From: Rhodopirellula sp.
Lineage (GTDB): Bacteria > Planctomycetota > Planctomycetia > Pirellulales > Pirellulaceae
Direction of reading: 5' to 3'
Length of the DNA: 64,000 bases
Assembly: GCA_002689655.1 (NCBI GenBank)
Contig: NZHC01000130.1
Coordinates: forward strand, 27,132 to 91,131
Of the stretch, positions 37,875-46,829 are shown one piece after another. Position 1 is the stretch's first letter. Every line of letters begins with the position of its first letter. The notes under the pieces were generated by a model that saw only the letters and a program-made list of their open reading frames with translations, did no database searches and was not told the DNA's origin. The position numbers were made by a program, and so were the translations under genes.

Positions 37875-40105
37875 GCATCCTCTTGCGATTCGACGACGAC
37901 TCGTGTCCCGTTGACTTCTGTGATTTTTACGCGTTGTCCCTTCGAAATGACGCTTCCATCGCTCACGACTTGGACCAGCTGTTCGTTGACTCTGATTTTG
38001 CCGGCAGGACGTAATGGTGTTGTTGTGACACCAATGCACCCAAGCAGGTCGCTGTAGTCCGCTAGTTTCTCCGCTTCGTTGATTCGCGTTTCGTTCTCGG
38101 GTTCCATCATCAAACCGCTGAAGAGCGGCACATGGGGAAGCGCGTATCGCATGGCGACGACGCCGGCAATCAAGCCTAGCACCGCTGCTAAGGCTGTCCA
38201 TATGCCCCGGTTCAGTATTTGGTACTGAAACGAATTTTGGGGAAGAATAAATGTCTGGCTCATCAATACGATTCCAAGAATCATCAGCAGAACCCCTCCG
38301 ATGCCGAAGATTCCAACACCGGGTAGTACAAAGATTTCGATGCCAATGCAAATCAGCCCGAGGGTGAATGCGACCAATTCAAGCCACTCTGCAGTTCCAG
38401 CAAGAAACTTCATCCAGAAGAAAAGGGCAAAGCACATCAACGCGATGAAGCCGGGGACACTCAGGCCCGGAGAGCTTGCTTCTGCAGATAGTGCGATGAA
38501 ACCGACGAACAGGAGCAGAAACGCAACGCTCGTGCTGCGGCCAATGTTCTCCACGAATCTGACCAAGCCACGATCAGAAACCAGGGGGGGAGTTTCCGTG
38601 AGGCCTAATCGCTTGGCAGCATCCGCATTGGATGCTGCTTCTCCATCTGCAAGTCCAAGAGCGATGGCTGTTGCCGCATCCAGTCCTTCGCTGAGTTGAA
38701 TTTGTTCACCCCGATTCCACTTCGCTTTTTCAAGCTCGGGATCGTCGACATCGAGGATAAGGTCTTGCTCCGTTGCATAACGTATGCGTCCCGTTTTGCG
38801 GTTTGTGTAACGGTAAACCACCGTCGTCGGGTCAAGCATTCCTCTGATTAACGCAGCTGGTCGGTTAGTAGCGATAGCGATCTGATCGATCAGTTCACCA
38901 TAAGGCTGCAAGCCTTCTGTGGTGATTGCGTAGGAACCAGGGCCACCAAGGGTGCTGCCGGGTGTCATCAGCAGCGGTTTGCAGGCCAAAGCTACCAAAG
39001 CCGCGTCGCCTCTGGCCTCCCCGCTGATATTTGCCGCGACAGTTCTCAGTGGTGCTTCCGGTTGTGAGAACCAGCCCGCCAAAATCATGCTGCCGTTCAG
39101 GTCTCCACCTGTGGAGTCCATCGCGATGAGCCATGTATTGGTCTCTCCAGACTTGAGCGTCGCACTCAGGTTGCTTTGCCAACGTTGAACCCGGCCTCCC
39201 GTGATCGCCCCGGTGATCTCAAGCATGGCTCCCTTAGGGTCACCCAGCAGTCCCGATTGTTTCAAGGGTTCCACTTTTGCGAGGTCAAGTAATTCAAGGC
39301 CCTGATCAATGGTATCGACGATTCCTGCAGATACGCGGGCAGTACGCAACCGTTGTGCATCAAGCATCAGAGGAATCCCAGCCGGGCTGAGGATATTCTC
39401 CTTCAGGATTTTTCCGTCCTTGCGGAGTTCATCAAGTGTCTTGGTGGTGGCGTACTCCTGCTCGCCACCGACTCGAGTGATCTCGGCCAGTTCGAGTCCC
39501 GGGTTCGCCAGGGCAGCGACAATCGGAATGGGGAACAGGCCTCGTCTTTCGGCAATCGACTCGTAACTCAAAAGAATGGTCGGGTCTGTCTGTAGTTCAT
39601 CGGCTACGGCATTACCAATCACTGCTTCACGCGTGGTCAATAACGCCTCCGAGGCAATGATCGCTAGCACTGAATGACCCGTGATTTCACCATCTAAAAA
39701 TGTCACGATCTTCAGTCGCCGAAGTTCGGGTGAAGTGATTCCGCGAGCAACTTTCAGCGCATCTTCAAAAGTTGTTTTTCCCGGGACCTTGGAATCGTTC
39801 TGGAACTTGAGCAAAACCGTGGTCCTCCGATCAGCAGGAACCGAATTGGCCAGTTCGGTCAGGTCTTGCATCAGTTGAGTTGCAGATGCTGCGTCTAGCG
39901 GGTTGGGAACGGTGGCCTCATAGCCGCTCTTAGGCTCGCTTTGCTCATCGTTCTGAGCGAGCAACTGCCCTGGGAAACCAACTCCATAGGTGCAAAAAAC
40001 GCACAGAATTACGTAAAAGGTGATTGGTTTGATTTTTGAGCTCGAGCTGTTCGGCACTGGTAGCTCCCGCGGTGCATAACAATTTCTGAAAGTAACCGGC
40101 GCCAT
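37871..40105 (-). CDS. Long NfeD family protein (two ClpP-like domains, TM bundle, OB fold)
   Basis: Signal peptide ending LLA-Q, IDSTGG-like MDSTGG, E..SPGLSVPG, EIFVLPGVGIFG and TPLRPAGK. The true start may be slightly downstream. Confidence 0.85.
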   Translation of the reverse strand: MAPVTFRNCYAPRELPVPNSSSSKIKPITFYVILCVFCTYGVGFPGQLLAQNDEQSEPKSGYEATVPNPLDAASATQLMQDLTELANSVPADRRTTVLLKFQNDSKVPGKTTFEDALKVARGITSPELRRLKIVTFLDGEITGHSVLAIIASEALLTTREAVIGNAVADELQTDPTILLSYESIAERRGLFPIPIVAALANPGLELAEITRVGGEQEYATTKTLDELRKDGKILKENILSPAGIPLMLDAQRLRTARVSAGIVDTIDQGLELLDLAKVEPLKQSGLLGDPKGAMLEITGAITGGRVQRWQSNLSATLKSGETNTWLIAMDSTGGDLNGSMILAGWFSQPEAPLRTVAANISGEARGDAALVALACKPLLMTPGSTLGGPGSYAITTEGLQPYGELIDQIAIATNRPAALIRGMLDPTTVVYRYTNRKTGRIRYATEQDLILDVDDPELEKAKWNRGEQIQLSEGLDAATAIALGLADGEAASNADAAKRLGLTETPPLVSDRGLVRFVENIGRSTSVAFLLLFVGFIALSAEASSPGLSVPGFIALMCFALFFWMKFLAGTAEWLELVAFTLGLICIGIEIFVLPGVGIFGIGGVLLMILGIVLMSQTFILPQNSFQYQILNRGIWTALAAVLGLIAGVVAMRYALPHVPLFSGLMMEPENETRINEAEKLADYSDLLGCIGVTTTPLRPAGKIRVNEQLVQVVSDGSVISKGQRVKITEVNGTRVVVESQEDA

Positions 40106-40179
40106 TATACGGCTCTAAACAGGTTTCGGCGTGGCGGACAAAAGCCGTGATTTGTAATTCTTCACATTATTCCGACACG

Positions 40180-40208
40180 GGTATCCAACATTCAGGGAGG
40201 TATCCAAC
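40180..40208. repeat. Direct repeat GGTATCCAAC x2 (period 19) in divergent promoter region
   Basis: Read directly from the sequence. Confidence 0.75.
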
Positions 40209-40364
40209 GCCAACAAATAAGAGACAATGGTTCAAACGCATCTGTACACTCCTTTATGACGGGGGTAATCATGCCACGGGTCGTGGAAGTTTTTTGTATC
40301 CCATCCCGAAATAGATCACTTCGAGTGAAAAGATGCGTACGGTGACATCTGATTATCCAAACGA

Positions 40365-41576
40365 GTGCCCAGCATGATGCAGACGCATGAATCCCGATCG
40401 CAGGATGAGGCCAAGGTAGTGACTTCGAACAAACCTGTTTCGTTGGAAAAGAATAGGCGGTCCGCAAAGCGGGGGCGACGGCATGCTAATTCAACGAATT
40501 CCAGCCGGGGAACGAAAACCACCCAGAAAGTGAATGCTGACCAAGCCCCAGATGTTGCGAAGGTTGGGGGAGAAGGCGATTCGACTCCCCGTCGTGGTGG
40601 TTTTTGGGGCACGCTGCTGGGTGGTGGGATCGGCTTGGTTATCATTCTGTTCTTGGTGGTGGGGCAGATGGATCGGGGGCCTGATGCATCGAATCCAGTG
40701 CAGGGGGCCATCCCAGCACAATACAAGCCTGATCGCGCCTTCGGTTATCTCACGACACTTTGCGATTTGGGGCCTCGCCCGTCGGGCTCATCGCAGATGA
40801 AGAAGCAACAGCAGGCACTGAAGAAGTTTTTTGAGACGCAGGGAGCAGCCGTCAGAATGCAAAGTTTCGAGATCAGGCATCCCGAAACGGGAGTCCCGGT
40901 AGGGATGTCGAATCTGATCGCATCTTGGTATCCGAATCGTCCCAAAAGATTTCTATTTTGTGCTCACTACGATACTCGCCCATTTCCCGATCGGGATTCT
41001 GCAAATCCTCGAGGTGTATTTGTTGGGGCCAACGATGGGGCGAGTGGTGTTGCAGCGTTGATGGAACTTGCACATCAATTCTCTGTCTTACCGGAGGATG
41101 TTGGGGTCGACATTGTGTTGTTTGATGGTGAGGAATTTGTCTTTGAGCAGGGGCGTGATGATTACTTTCTGGGCTCAACTTTCTTTGCGGAGAAGTACAA
41201 AATGGAGCCACCAGCGGTTCCTTATCAGGCAGGGGTGTTGTTAGATATGGTGGGTGACCGTGAGCTGAAGATTTATCATGAGGTAAACAGCCTCAAGTAT
41301 GCACGGAGTGTCGTTCGTGGTATTTGGAACACGGCTGAAGAGCTTGGTGTGAGTGCTTTTGTTTCTCGCTCGCGGCACAATATCGATGACGATCATATTC
41401 CACTCAACCAAATCGCGCGAATCCCAACGGTAGATCTGATTGATTTTGATTATCCACGCCCCGGATTTGGTGCACCAAAATATTGGCATACAGAGCAGGA
41501 TATCCCGGCTAATTGCAGTGGTGATTCACTTGTTGCGGTCGTCTGGGTGGTACACCAATGGTTGCAAAAGCAGTAA
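40365..41576 (+). CDS. M28 family zinc enzyme, glutaminyl-cyclase-like, membrane-anchored
   Basis: One TM segment, then AHYDTRP, GANDGASGVA, FDGEE, LLDMVG, DDHIP and YWHT. Confidence 0.8.
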   Translation: MPSMMQTHESRSQDEAKVVTSNKPVSLEKNRRSAKRGRRHANSTNSSRGTKTTQKVNADQAPDVAKVGGEGDSTPRRGGFWGTLLGGGIGLVIILFLVVGQMDRGPDASNPVQGAIPAQYKPDRAFGYLTTLCDLGPRPSGSSQMKKQQQALKKFFETQGAAVRMQSFEIRHPETGVPVGMSNLIASWYPNRPKRFLFCAHYDTRPFPDRDSANPRGVFVGANDGASGVAALMELAHQFSVLPEDVGVDIVLFDGEEFVFEQGRDDYFLGSTFFAEKYKMEPPAVPYQAGVLLDMVGDRELKIYHEVNSLKYARSVVRGIWNTAEELGVSAFVSRSRHNIDDDHIPLNQIARIPTVDLIDFDYPRPGFGAPKYWHTEQDIPANCSGDSLVAVVWVVHQWLQKQ

Positions 41577-41599
41577 CGCGAAGTTTGTAGGGAGAAGAA

Positions 41600-41959
41600 A
41601 TGTTTGCAGCGAGTTTGATCCTAGGCATCACGCTTCTCGCATTCGCAGGGTGGCTTCATTATCAGGATACGGAGGGCTGGCCCAGCGATAATTTCACCAC
41701 CGAGTTGGACAAGACGTACCATCAGCGCCGGACGCGATCACGGCGCCGTATTCATTTCATTTTAGGTGGATGTGGTGTCGCTGCGATTGTTGCTGCATGC
41801 TGGGGGCCTGGGCCAGTCTGGTTTGCCATGTGGAGCGTTGTAATGGTGTCGCTGTTCGTGGTGGTTGGGCTGGCTGGAATGGATGCGTTGCGTACACATC
41901 GGTATATGAAGTCAAAACTTCCAGAGATACGCGAGCAGTTGCTCAGCGACGATGAGTAA
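41600..41959 (+). CDS. Small 3-TM hypothetical membrane protein
   Basis: Three hydrophobic stretches with a basic loop; operonic spacing after the M28 gene. Confidence 0.7.
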   Translation: MFAASLILGITLLAFAGWLHYQDTEGWPSDNFTTELDKTYHQRRTRSRRRIHFILGGCGVAAIVAACWGPGPVWFAMWSVVMVSLFVVVGLAGMDALRTHRYMKSKLPEIREQLLSDDE

Positions 41960-42109
41960 GATCATTCAAGGATTTTGTGAATGTTCGGTTGTTTCCCGAT
42001 GGATGAAAAGAAACTAGCTGCACGAAGACCCGTCATGCGTTATTTTCACGATTCCCCGCAGCGAATTGAATTCGCTCGTTTTCCTACCTCTTGCAATTGG
42101 ACTCCGTTG

Positions 42110-43396
42110 ATGCACAAGTTGCTTGTTCCGGCTTTGGTGTTTCTGTTTTTTCCTGGCAGCGCTCTGAAAGCCGAAGACTGGCTGCAGTGGCGTGGGCCCG
42201 GGCGAGCTAATGTGTCCGTGGAGACAGGCCTCTACTCGCAGTGGGGTGAAGATGGGCCACCACTGGCCTGGATGGCGGAGGGTTTGGGATCAGGTTACGC
42301 CAGCGTGACGGTTGCTGGTGATCGTGCCTACACAACGGGTAATTTTCCCGATAGCCAGTCAGCGATGGCACTCGACACCCGGAATGGCAAGGTGGTCTGG
42401 AAGACGGCTATCACAGACGGTGCACCAAAGCACGGTTTTGAAGGAAGTCGTACCACGCCGACGATTGATGGAGACCAATTGTATATGGTTTCGAGTGATG
42501 GAAAAATTGTCTGCCTCAACCGCAATAGTGGAGACCTGTTGTGGTCCAGGGACTTTTCCGATTGGGGTGGGAAGATGATGAGTGGTTGGGGGTACAGCGA
42601 ATCGCCATTGGTCGACGGTGAGTGGGTTATCTGCACGCCAGGTGGAAAAAATGGAATGGTTGTGGCGCTCGAGAAGCGATCAGGTAAAGATGTCTGGGCG
42701 GCCAAACTGCCAGACTATGGTGATGAAGATGGTGTTAACGGAAAGGGACTTCGAGATGGTGCTGGTTACGCCTCCGTGGTGGTTAGCAATGGCGCCGGAA
42801 TCAAGCAATACATTCAACTTGTGGGTCGTGGGTTGATTGGGGTCCGAGCTAGCGATGGAAAGTTGCTGTGGCGGTATGATCGGGTCTCCAACGGAACGGC
42901 GAACATTCCCACCCCAATCGTTGACGGTGACCATGTCTTCACAAGTACAGGGTACGGAACAGGCTCCGCCTACTTGAAGTTGGTAGTGGATAGCGATGGC
43001 GTCTCGGCAGAAGAAGTTTATTGGCTTGATGGCAAGCAGTTCCAAAACAAGCACGGCGGCATGACTCTGGTGGATGGTTACATCTATGCGGGGCATGGCA
43101 ATGGCACTGGACTTCCCATTTGCGTGAACATGAAAACAGGTGAAATCGCTTGGGGGCCCGAGCGAGCTGCCGGGAGCGGAGAAACCAGTCTCGTCTATGC
43201 GGATGGTCGCATCATCATGCGACGGCAGGACGGTGTTGTGATCTTGTTGGAAGCCACGCCTGAAGAGTACCGCGAAATCGCTACATTCAAGCCCGAGTAC
43301 CAAAAAGGAAAAACCTGGGCGCATCCAACCATTGCCAATGGTTATCTCTACTTGCGAGAGCAGGACAAGTTGATGTGCTACAAGCTGAAAGGTTAA
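42110..43396 (+). CDS. Secreted PQQ-binding-like beta-propeller protein
   Basis: Signal ending LKA, then EDWLQWRGPGR, multiple W-containing blade repeats and WAHPTIANG.LYLR. Confidence 0.88.
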   Translation: MHKLLVPALVFLFFPGSALKAEDWLQWRGPGRANVSVETGLYSQWGEDGPPLAWMAEGLGSGYASVTVAGDRAYTTGNFPDSQSAMALDTRNGKVVWKTAITDGAPKHGFEGSRTTPTIDGDQLYMVSSDGKIVCLNRNSGDLLWSRDFSDWGGKMMSGWGYSESPLVDGEWVICTPGGKNGMVVALEKRSGKDVWAAKLPDYGDEDGVNGKGLRDGAGYASVVVSNGAGIKQYIQLVGRGLIGVRASDGKLLWRYDRVSNGTANIPTPIVDGDHVFTSTGYGTGSAYLKLVVDSDGVSAEEVYWLDGKQFQNKHGGMTLVDGYIYAGHGNGTGLPICVNMKTGEIAWGPERAAGSGETSLVYADGRIIMRRQDGVVILLEATPEEYREIATFKPEYQKGKTWAHPTIANGYLYLREQDKLMCYKLKG

Positions 43397-43512
43397 TGCC
43401 TGGATTCAGCTTGGAAGCGAATCGCAGGAGTGATGTTTTTCCATCGGATAGGCTGCAGGTTGGCGGTGCTTAGTTGCGTCGAGGCGATGTTAGCCGCAGG
43501 CGGGATGTTCAT

Positions 43513-43536
43513 GTGAATGCCTTATGTCGCATTCAC
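43513..43536. terminator. Stem-loop in convergent intergenic region
   Basis: GTGAATGC-N8-GCATTCAC perfect 8-bp stem; no clear U-tract. Confidence 0.3.
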
Positions 43537-43603
43537 CGATGTTCTCTGCGTCGTTCCTGATCGGAAGGTTATATTCCCTCGGATGCACCGCGAACGCGAT
43601 TGG

Positions 43604-43637
43604 AATCCGCTGCGTTTTGCAATCCGCTGCGTTTTGC
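43604..43637. repeat. 17-bp tandem repeat AATCCGCTGCGTTTTGC x2
   Basis: Read directly from the sequence. Confidence 0.9.
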
Positions 43638-43695
43638 TGAGAGTTCGGGGTTATTGGTAAGGGCGTCTTGCTCGACAAAGAAGCTGTTAGGCGAA

Positions 43696-43718
43696 TCGTG
43701 TTGCCCGACGCAACACGA
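43696..43718. terminator. Stem-loop downstream of groES
   Basis: TCGTGTTGC-CCGAC-GCAACACGA perfect 9-bp stem, about 65 bp past the groES stop; weak U-tract. Confidence 0.4.
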
Positions 43719-43783
43719 CGCTCGAGGTGCCCTCAGGTTCACCGTTCCGGTACCGGGTTTGGTTGCCTTGGATCCAGCTTGGA

Positions 43784-44104
43784 TTATTCCTTTTCGTTGC
43801 GGCGAAATACAGCAACAATGTCGTCCACGGGAACGACGAAAAGCTGATTGTCGTGCTCCAGGTCAACTGGAATTGCGTTCTTGGGGTGGAACAGGATCTT
43901 GTCGTACTGTCTCAGGGGCAGTTCTTCATCGTTTTCGACGACGGCACTGATCGTTACGATCCTTCCCGTGATTGTGGGGATTTCAGCGGCATCAGGAAGC
44001 GCAATTCCGCCCCGCGTTTCGCGTTTCGGTTCGTCCTTCCGTACGAGCACCCGATCTCCGATCGGTTCAACGTGCTCGAATGTCGCTGCTTTCTTCTTTC
44101 CCAT
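43784..44104 (-). CDS. groES: Co-chaperonin GroES (divergent, no adjacent groEL)
   Basis: EPIGDRVLV, mobile-loop-like ETRGGIALPD and DIVAV. Confidence 0.85.
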   Translation of the reverse strand: MGKKKAATFEHVEPIGDRVLVRKDEPKRETRGGIALPDAAEIPTITGRIVTISAVVENDEELPLRQYDKILFHPKNAIPVDLEHDNQLFVVPVDDIVAVFRRNEKE

Positions 44105-44413
44105 TTTGTTCCGGCTCGTCTTTCAAGGGAGGTAAGCTGTGTGGCCTTCGCCGTGCAGTTTGACCTCTGCCGCCATCTTCGTCGAGGGCGTAAGGCAGTA
44201 ATGTCGAGGGTCACTTTGGAGTTCGGGGACCCCTGTTGATGATTTTCTGGAGAGAAACGCTAAAACAAAGAAAAAGCAGCAGGTTCCAAGGTTGTCCCGG
44301 CAGTCGGGTAGCGATCGTGCAGGCATGCTGGGGCGGGCCATTTCCGTGATCAGCCTGGGGGTTGATCAGACGTGAGTCTCGAAGTCTGGTGATCGCTAAC
44401 GTGAAGTTGATGA

Positions 44414-45430
44414 TCAGCTGGGCACGAAGTTTTTGGCATGCGCCTCACGTTGAGCGAGATCATAGTCGTGCTGTGTCATGATCCGAGCAAGTTCCTCGAG
44501 GTCGGTGGTTGCTGTCCACCCCAGTTTTTCCTTGGCCTTGGACGCATCTCCCAGCAGTAGGTCGACCTCAGCGGGGCGAAAATAGCGGGGGTCGATTTCG
44601 ACGTGATCTTCGTAATTGAGATCGAGTTGCTCAAAAACGAGGCGGCAAAAATCACGTACCGATTCGGTCCGACCAGTGGCGAGGACAAAATCATCAGGGA
44701 CATCATGCTGAAGAATTCGCCACATTCCTTCGACATAATCTTTGGCGTAGCCCCAGTCTCGTTTGGCATCGAGGTTACCGAGGTAAAGCTTGCTCTGCAG
44801 CCCTGTCTTGATCCGCCCTGCTGCCCGGGTGATCTTTCGAGTCACAAAGGTTTCACCACGTCGTTCGGACTCATGGTTGAATAGAATTCCGTTGCTCGCG
44901 TACATGTCGTAGCCGCGGCGGTAATTAACCGTTTGATGAAAAGCATAAACCTTGGCACAAGCGTAAGGAGATTGAGGGTTGAATGGAGTTGTTTCCTTTT
45001 GGGGGGTTTCTAGTACGGCGCCGAACATCTCACTGCTGCTGGCTTGGTAAACACGCACCTGCTTTCGACGGTTCAACAGCCGAGCCGCTTCCAGAACGTT
45101 GAGAGCACCCACGCCAACTGTTTCCAGAGTGTAGACCGGTTGGTCATAGGAAACTCGAACGTGGCTTTGGGCACCGAGGTTGTAGATTTCATCCGGCTCG
45201 ATCTCAAGAACCAAATTTGACAGGGCCTGGCCATCAGTAAGGTCACCGTAATGCAAACGAAGTTGGCCTGCCTCGTGGACGTCGCTGTAAATATGGTCGA
45301 TGCGTTCTGTTGAGAATGTACTGCTGCGTCGGACGAGGCCATGAACGTTGTACTTCTTTTCCAGCAGCAGTTCTGCAAGATAACTGCCGTCTTGACCTGT
45401 GATGCCGGTAATGAATGCTGTTTTGGTCAT
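44414..45430 (-). CDS. gmd: GDP-mannose 4,6-dehydratase
   Basis: [37 protein letters not shown] and [10 protein letters not shown]. Confidence 0.97.
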   Translation of the reverse strand: MTKTAFITGITGQDGSYLAELLLEKKYNVHGLVRRSSTFSTERIDHIYSDVHEAGQLRLHYGDLTDGQALSNLVLEIEPDEIYNLGAQSHVRVSYDQPVYTLETVGVGALNVLEAARLLNRRKQVRVYQASSSEMFGAVLETPQKETTPFNPQSPYACAKVYAFHQTVNYRRGYDMYASNGILFNHESERRGETFVTRKITRAAGRIKTGLQSKLYLGNLDAKRDWGYAKDYVEGMWRILQHDVPDDFVLATGRTESVRDFCRLVFEQLDLNYEDHVEIDPRYFRPAEVDLLLGDASKAKEKLGWTATTDLEELARIMTQHDYDLAQREAHAKNFVPS

Positions 45431-45502
45431 GATGTTGATATTGAAGTGTGTTGTGCCACGTGGCGTTCAATGTTAGCGAAATCCCCGCTTGAAACACCTG
45501 GG

Positions 45503-46456
45503 TCAGGCTGAACGCAATTTGCCGGCGTCCGCTTCGCGGCAAAAAGCTGCATAGGTATTTTCGAGTCCCTGCTGAAGGTTGATTCGATGCTTCCAGCCAC
45601 ACTCGCGCAGGAGTGTGACATCGGTGCATTTGACTGGCGTGCCATCAGGCCGTGATGAGTCCGTCACGATTTCGCCGCTGTATCCGACTGTGGCAGCAAT
45701 CATCGTGGCGAGTTCCCTGATCGTGAGATCCACCCCGGTTCCGACATTTACCCAGTCCGGAGGTGATTCGAGTGACAGAAGGTGTACGATGGCATCAGCA
45801 AGGTCGTCGACATGCAGGAATTCACGCCTGGGCTGTCCCGTTCCCCAGAGTTGAACCGATTCCTGCCCCGTCTGTTTTGCTTGGTGGAAACGTCGGATCA
45901 GCGCGGGCAGCACATGACTGTGCTCGGGGTGGTAGTTGTCACCCGGGCCATATAAATTGGTGGGCATGACGCTGTGGTAAGTCAGGCCATGCTGGCGACG
46001 ATAATATTGGCATAGTTTCAGTCCCGCAATTTTTGCGAGAGCATAAGCTTCGTTGGTAGGTTCCAGAGGACCTGACAAAAGCGATGCTTCCGTGATCGGC
46101 TGGCGGCAGTCTCGCGGGTAGATGCAGGTACTGCCTAGAAAAAGAAAGCGTGTGACTCCATGGCGATAGGCAGCGCCGATAGTGTTGACGGCCATCGTCA
46201 GATTTTCTGTCAAGAATTCAACCGGATACGTTGCGTTCGCCAGAATGCCACCTACCTTTGCTGAAGCAAAGATGACGGTGTCCGGGCGGTGCGTGTCAAA
46301 ATAGTGTTCCGTTGCGTTTGGCTCGGTCAGGTCAAGTGTGTCTTTGGTTGCCGTCAGTACCTCACTGTCGGTGTCGGCTAAACGCCGGCAAACTGCAGAG
46401 CCAACCATCCCACGGTGGCCGGTGACCAAGATCTTTTCGCTGTGTGAAACTCCCAT
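45503..46456 (-). CDS. fcl: GDP-L-fucose synthase
   Basis: GHRGMVGSA, AKVGGI, GSTCIYP, NEAYALAK, NLYGPGDN and REFLHVDD. The start is set to ATG 46456; the ORF-track start at 46957 is an extension. Confidence 0.95.
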   Translation of the reverse strand: MGVSHSEKILVTGHRGMVGSAVCRRLADTDSEVLTATKDTLDLTEPNATEHYFDTHRPDTVIFASAKVGGILANATYPVEFLTENLTMAVNTIGAAYRHGVTRFLFLGSTCIYPRDCRQPITEASLLSGPLEPTNEAYALAKIAGLKLCQYYRRQHGLTYHSVMPTNLYGPGDNYHPEHSHVLPALIRRFHQAKQTGQESVQLWGTGQPRREFLHVDDLADAIVHLLSLESPPDWVNVGTGVDLTIRELATMIAATVGYSGEIVTDSSRPDGTPVKCTDVTLLRECGWKHRINLQQGLENTYAAFCREADAGKLRSA

Positions 46457-46829
46457 GTTTCGCAGATTAGCGTATCTGAAATTGCGAGTCACTACCAACT
46501 TAATGTTGGCGAAATGCGTAGCCACGAGCGTTTCAGGGGCGCTTCCGCTGCTTTTGGCACCACGCCAGCGATGTCCAAGGAGGCAAGCCACTTTGAAGCC
46601 TGTGGTGACGCTGGGGTGGGCGATTTCACTGACGATTGAGCTGACTCGTCTGATTATGCAGGTCATTTTGATCGCGCGGGCATTGTCGGTTGGGGGAAGC
46701 AAGCCGAGCTCAGTGCACTCGGACCCCCCAAATGTCGATCGGTAGCATAACGGCGGGTTAAAAATCGGAGGGACCGATAAATTTTGTGATATCCCAGCTG
46801 TTACCTCCCCAGGATGGAAGAGCGACGGG

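Noticed and set aside
37875-38351. N-terminal extension of the short NfeD (351-aa ORF)
   Set aside because: It overlaps the long NfeD in another frame, and the ATGA coupling at 37871-37874 marks the real start.
44105-44413. CIRCE/HrcA operator upstream of groES
   Set aside because: No TTAGCACTC-N9-GAGTGCTAA match.
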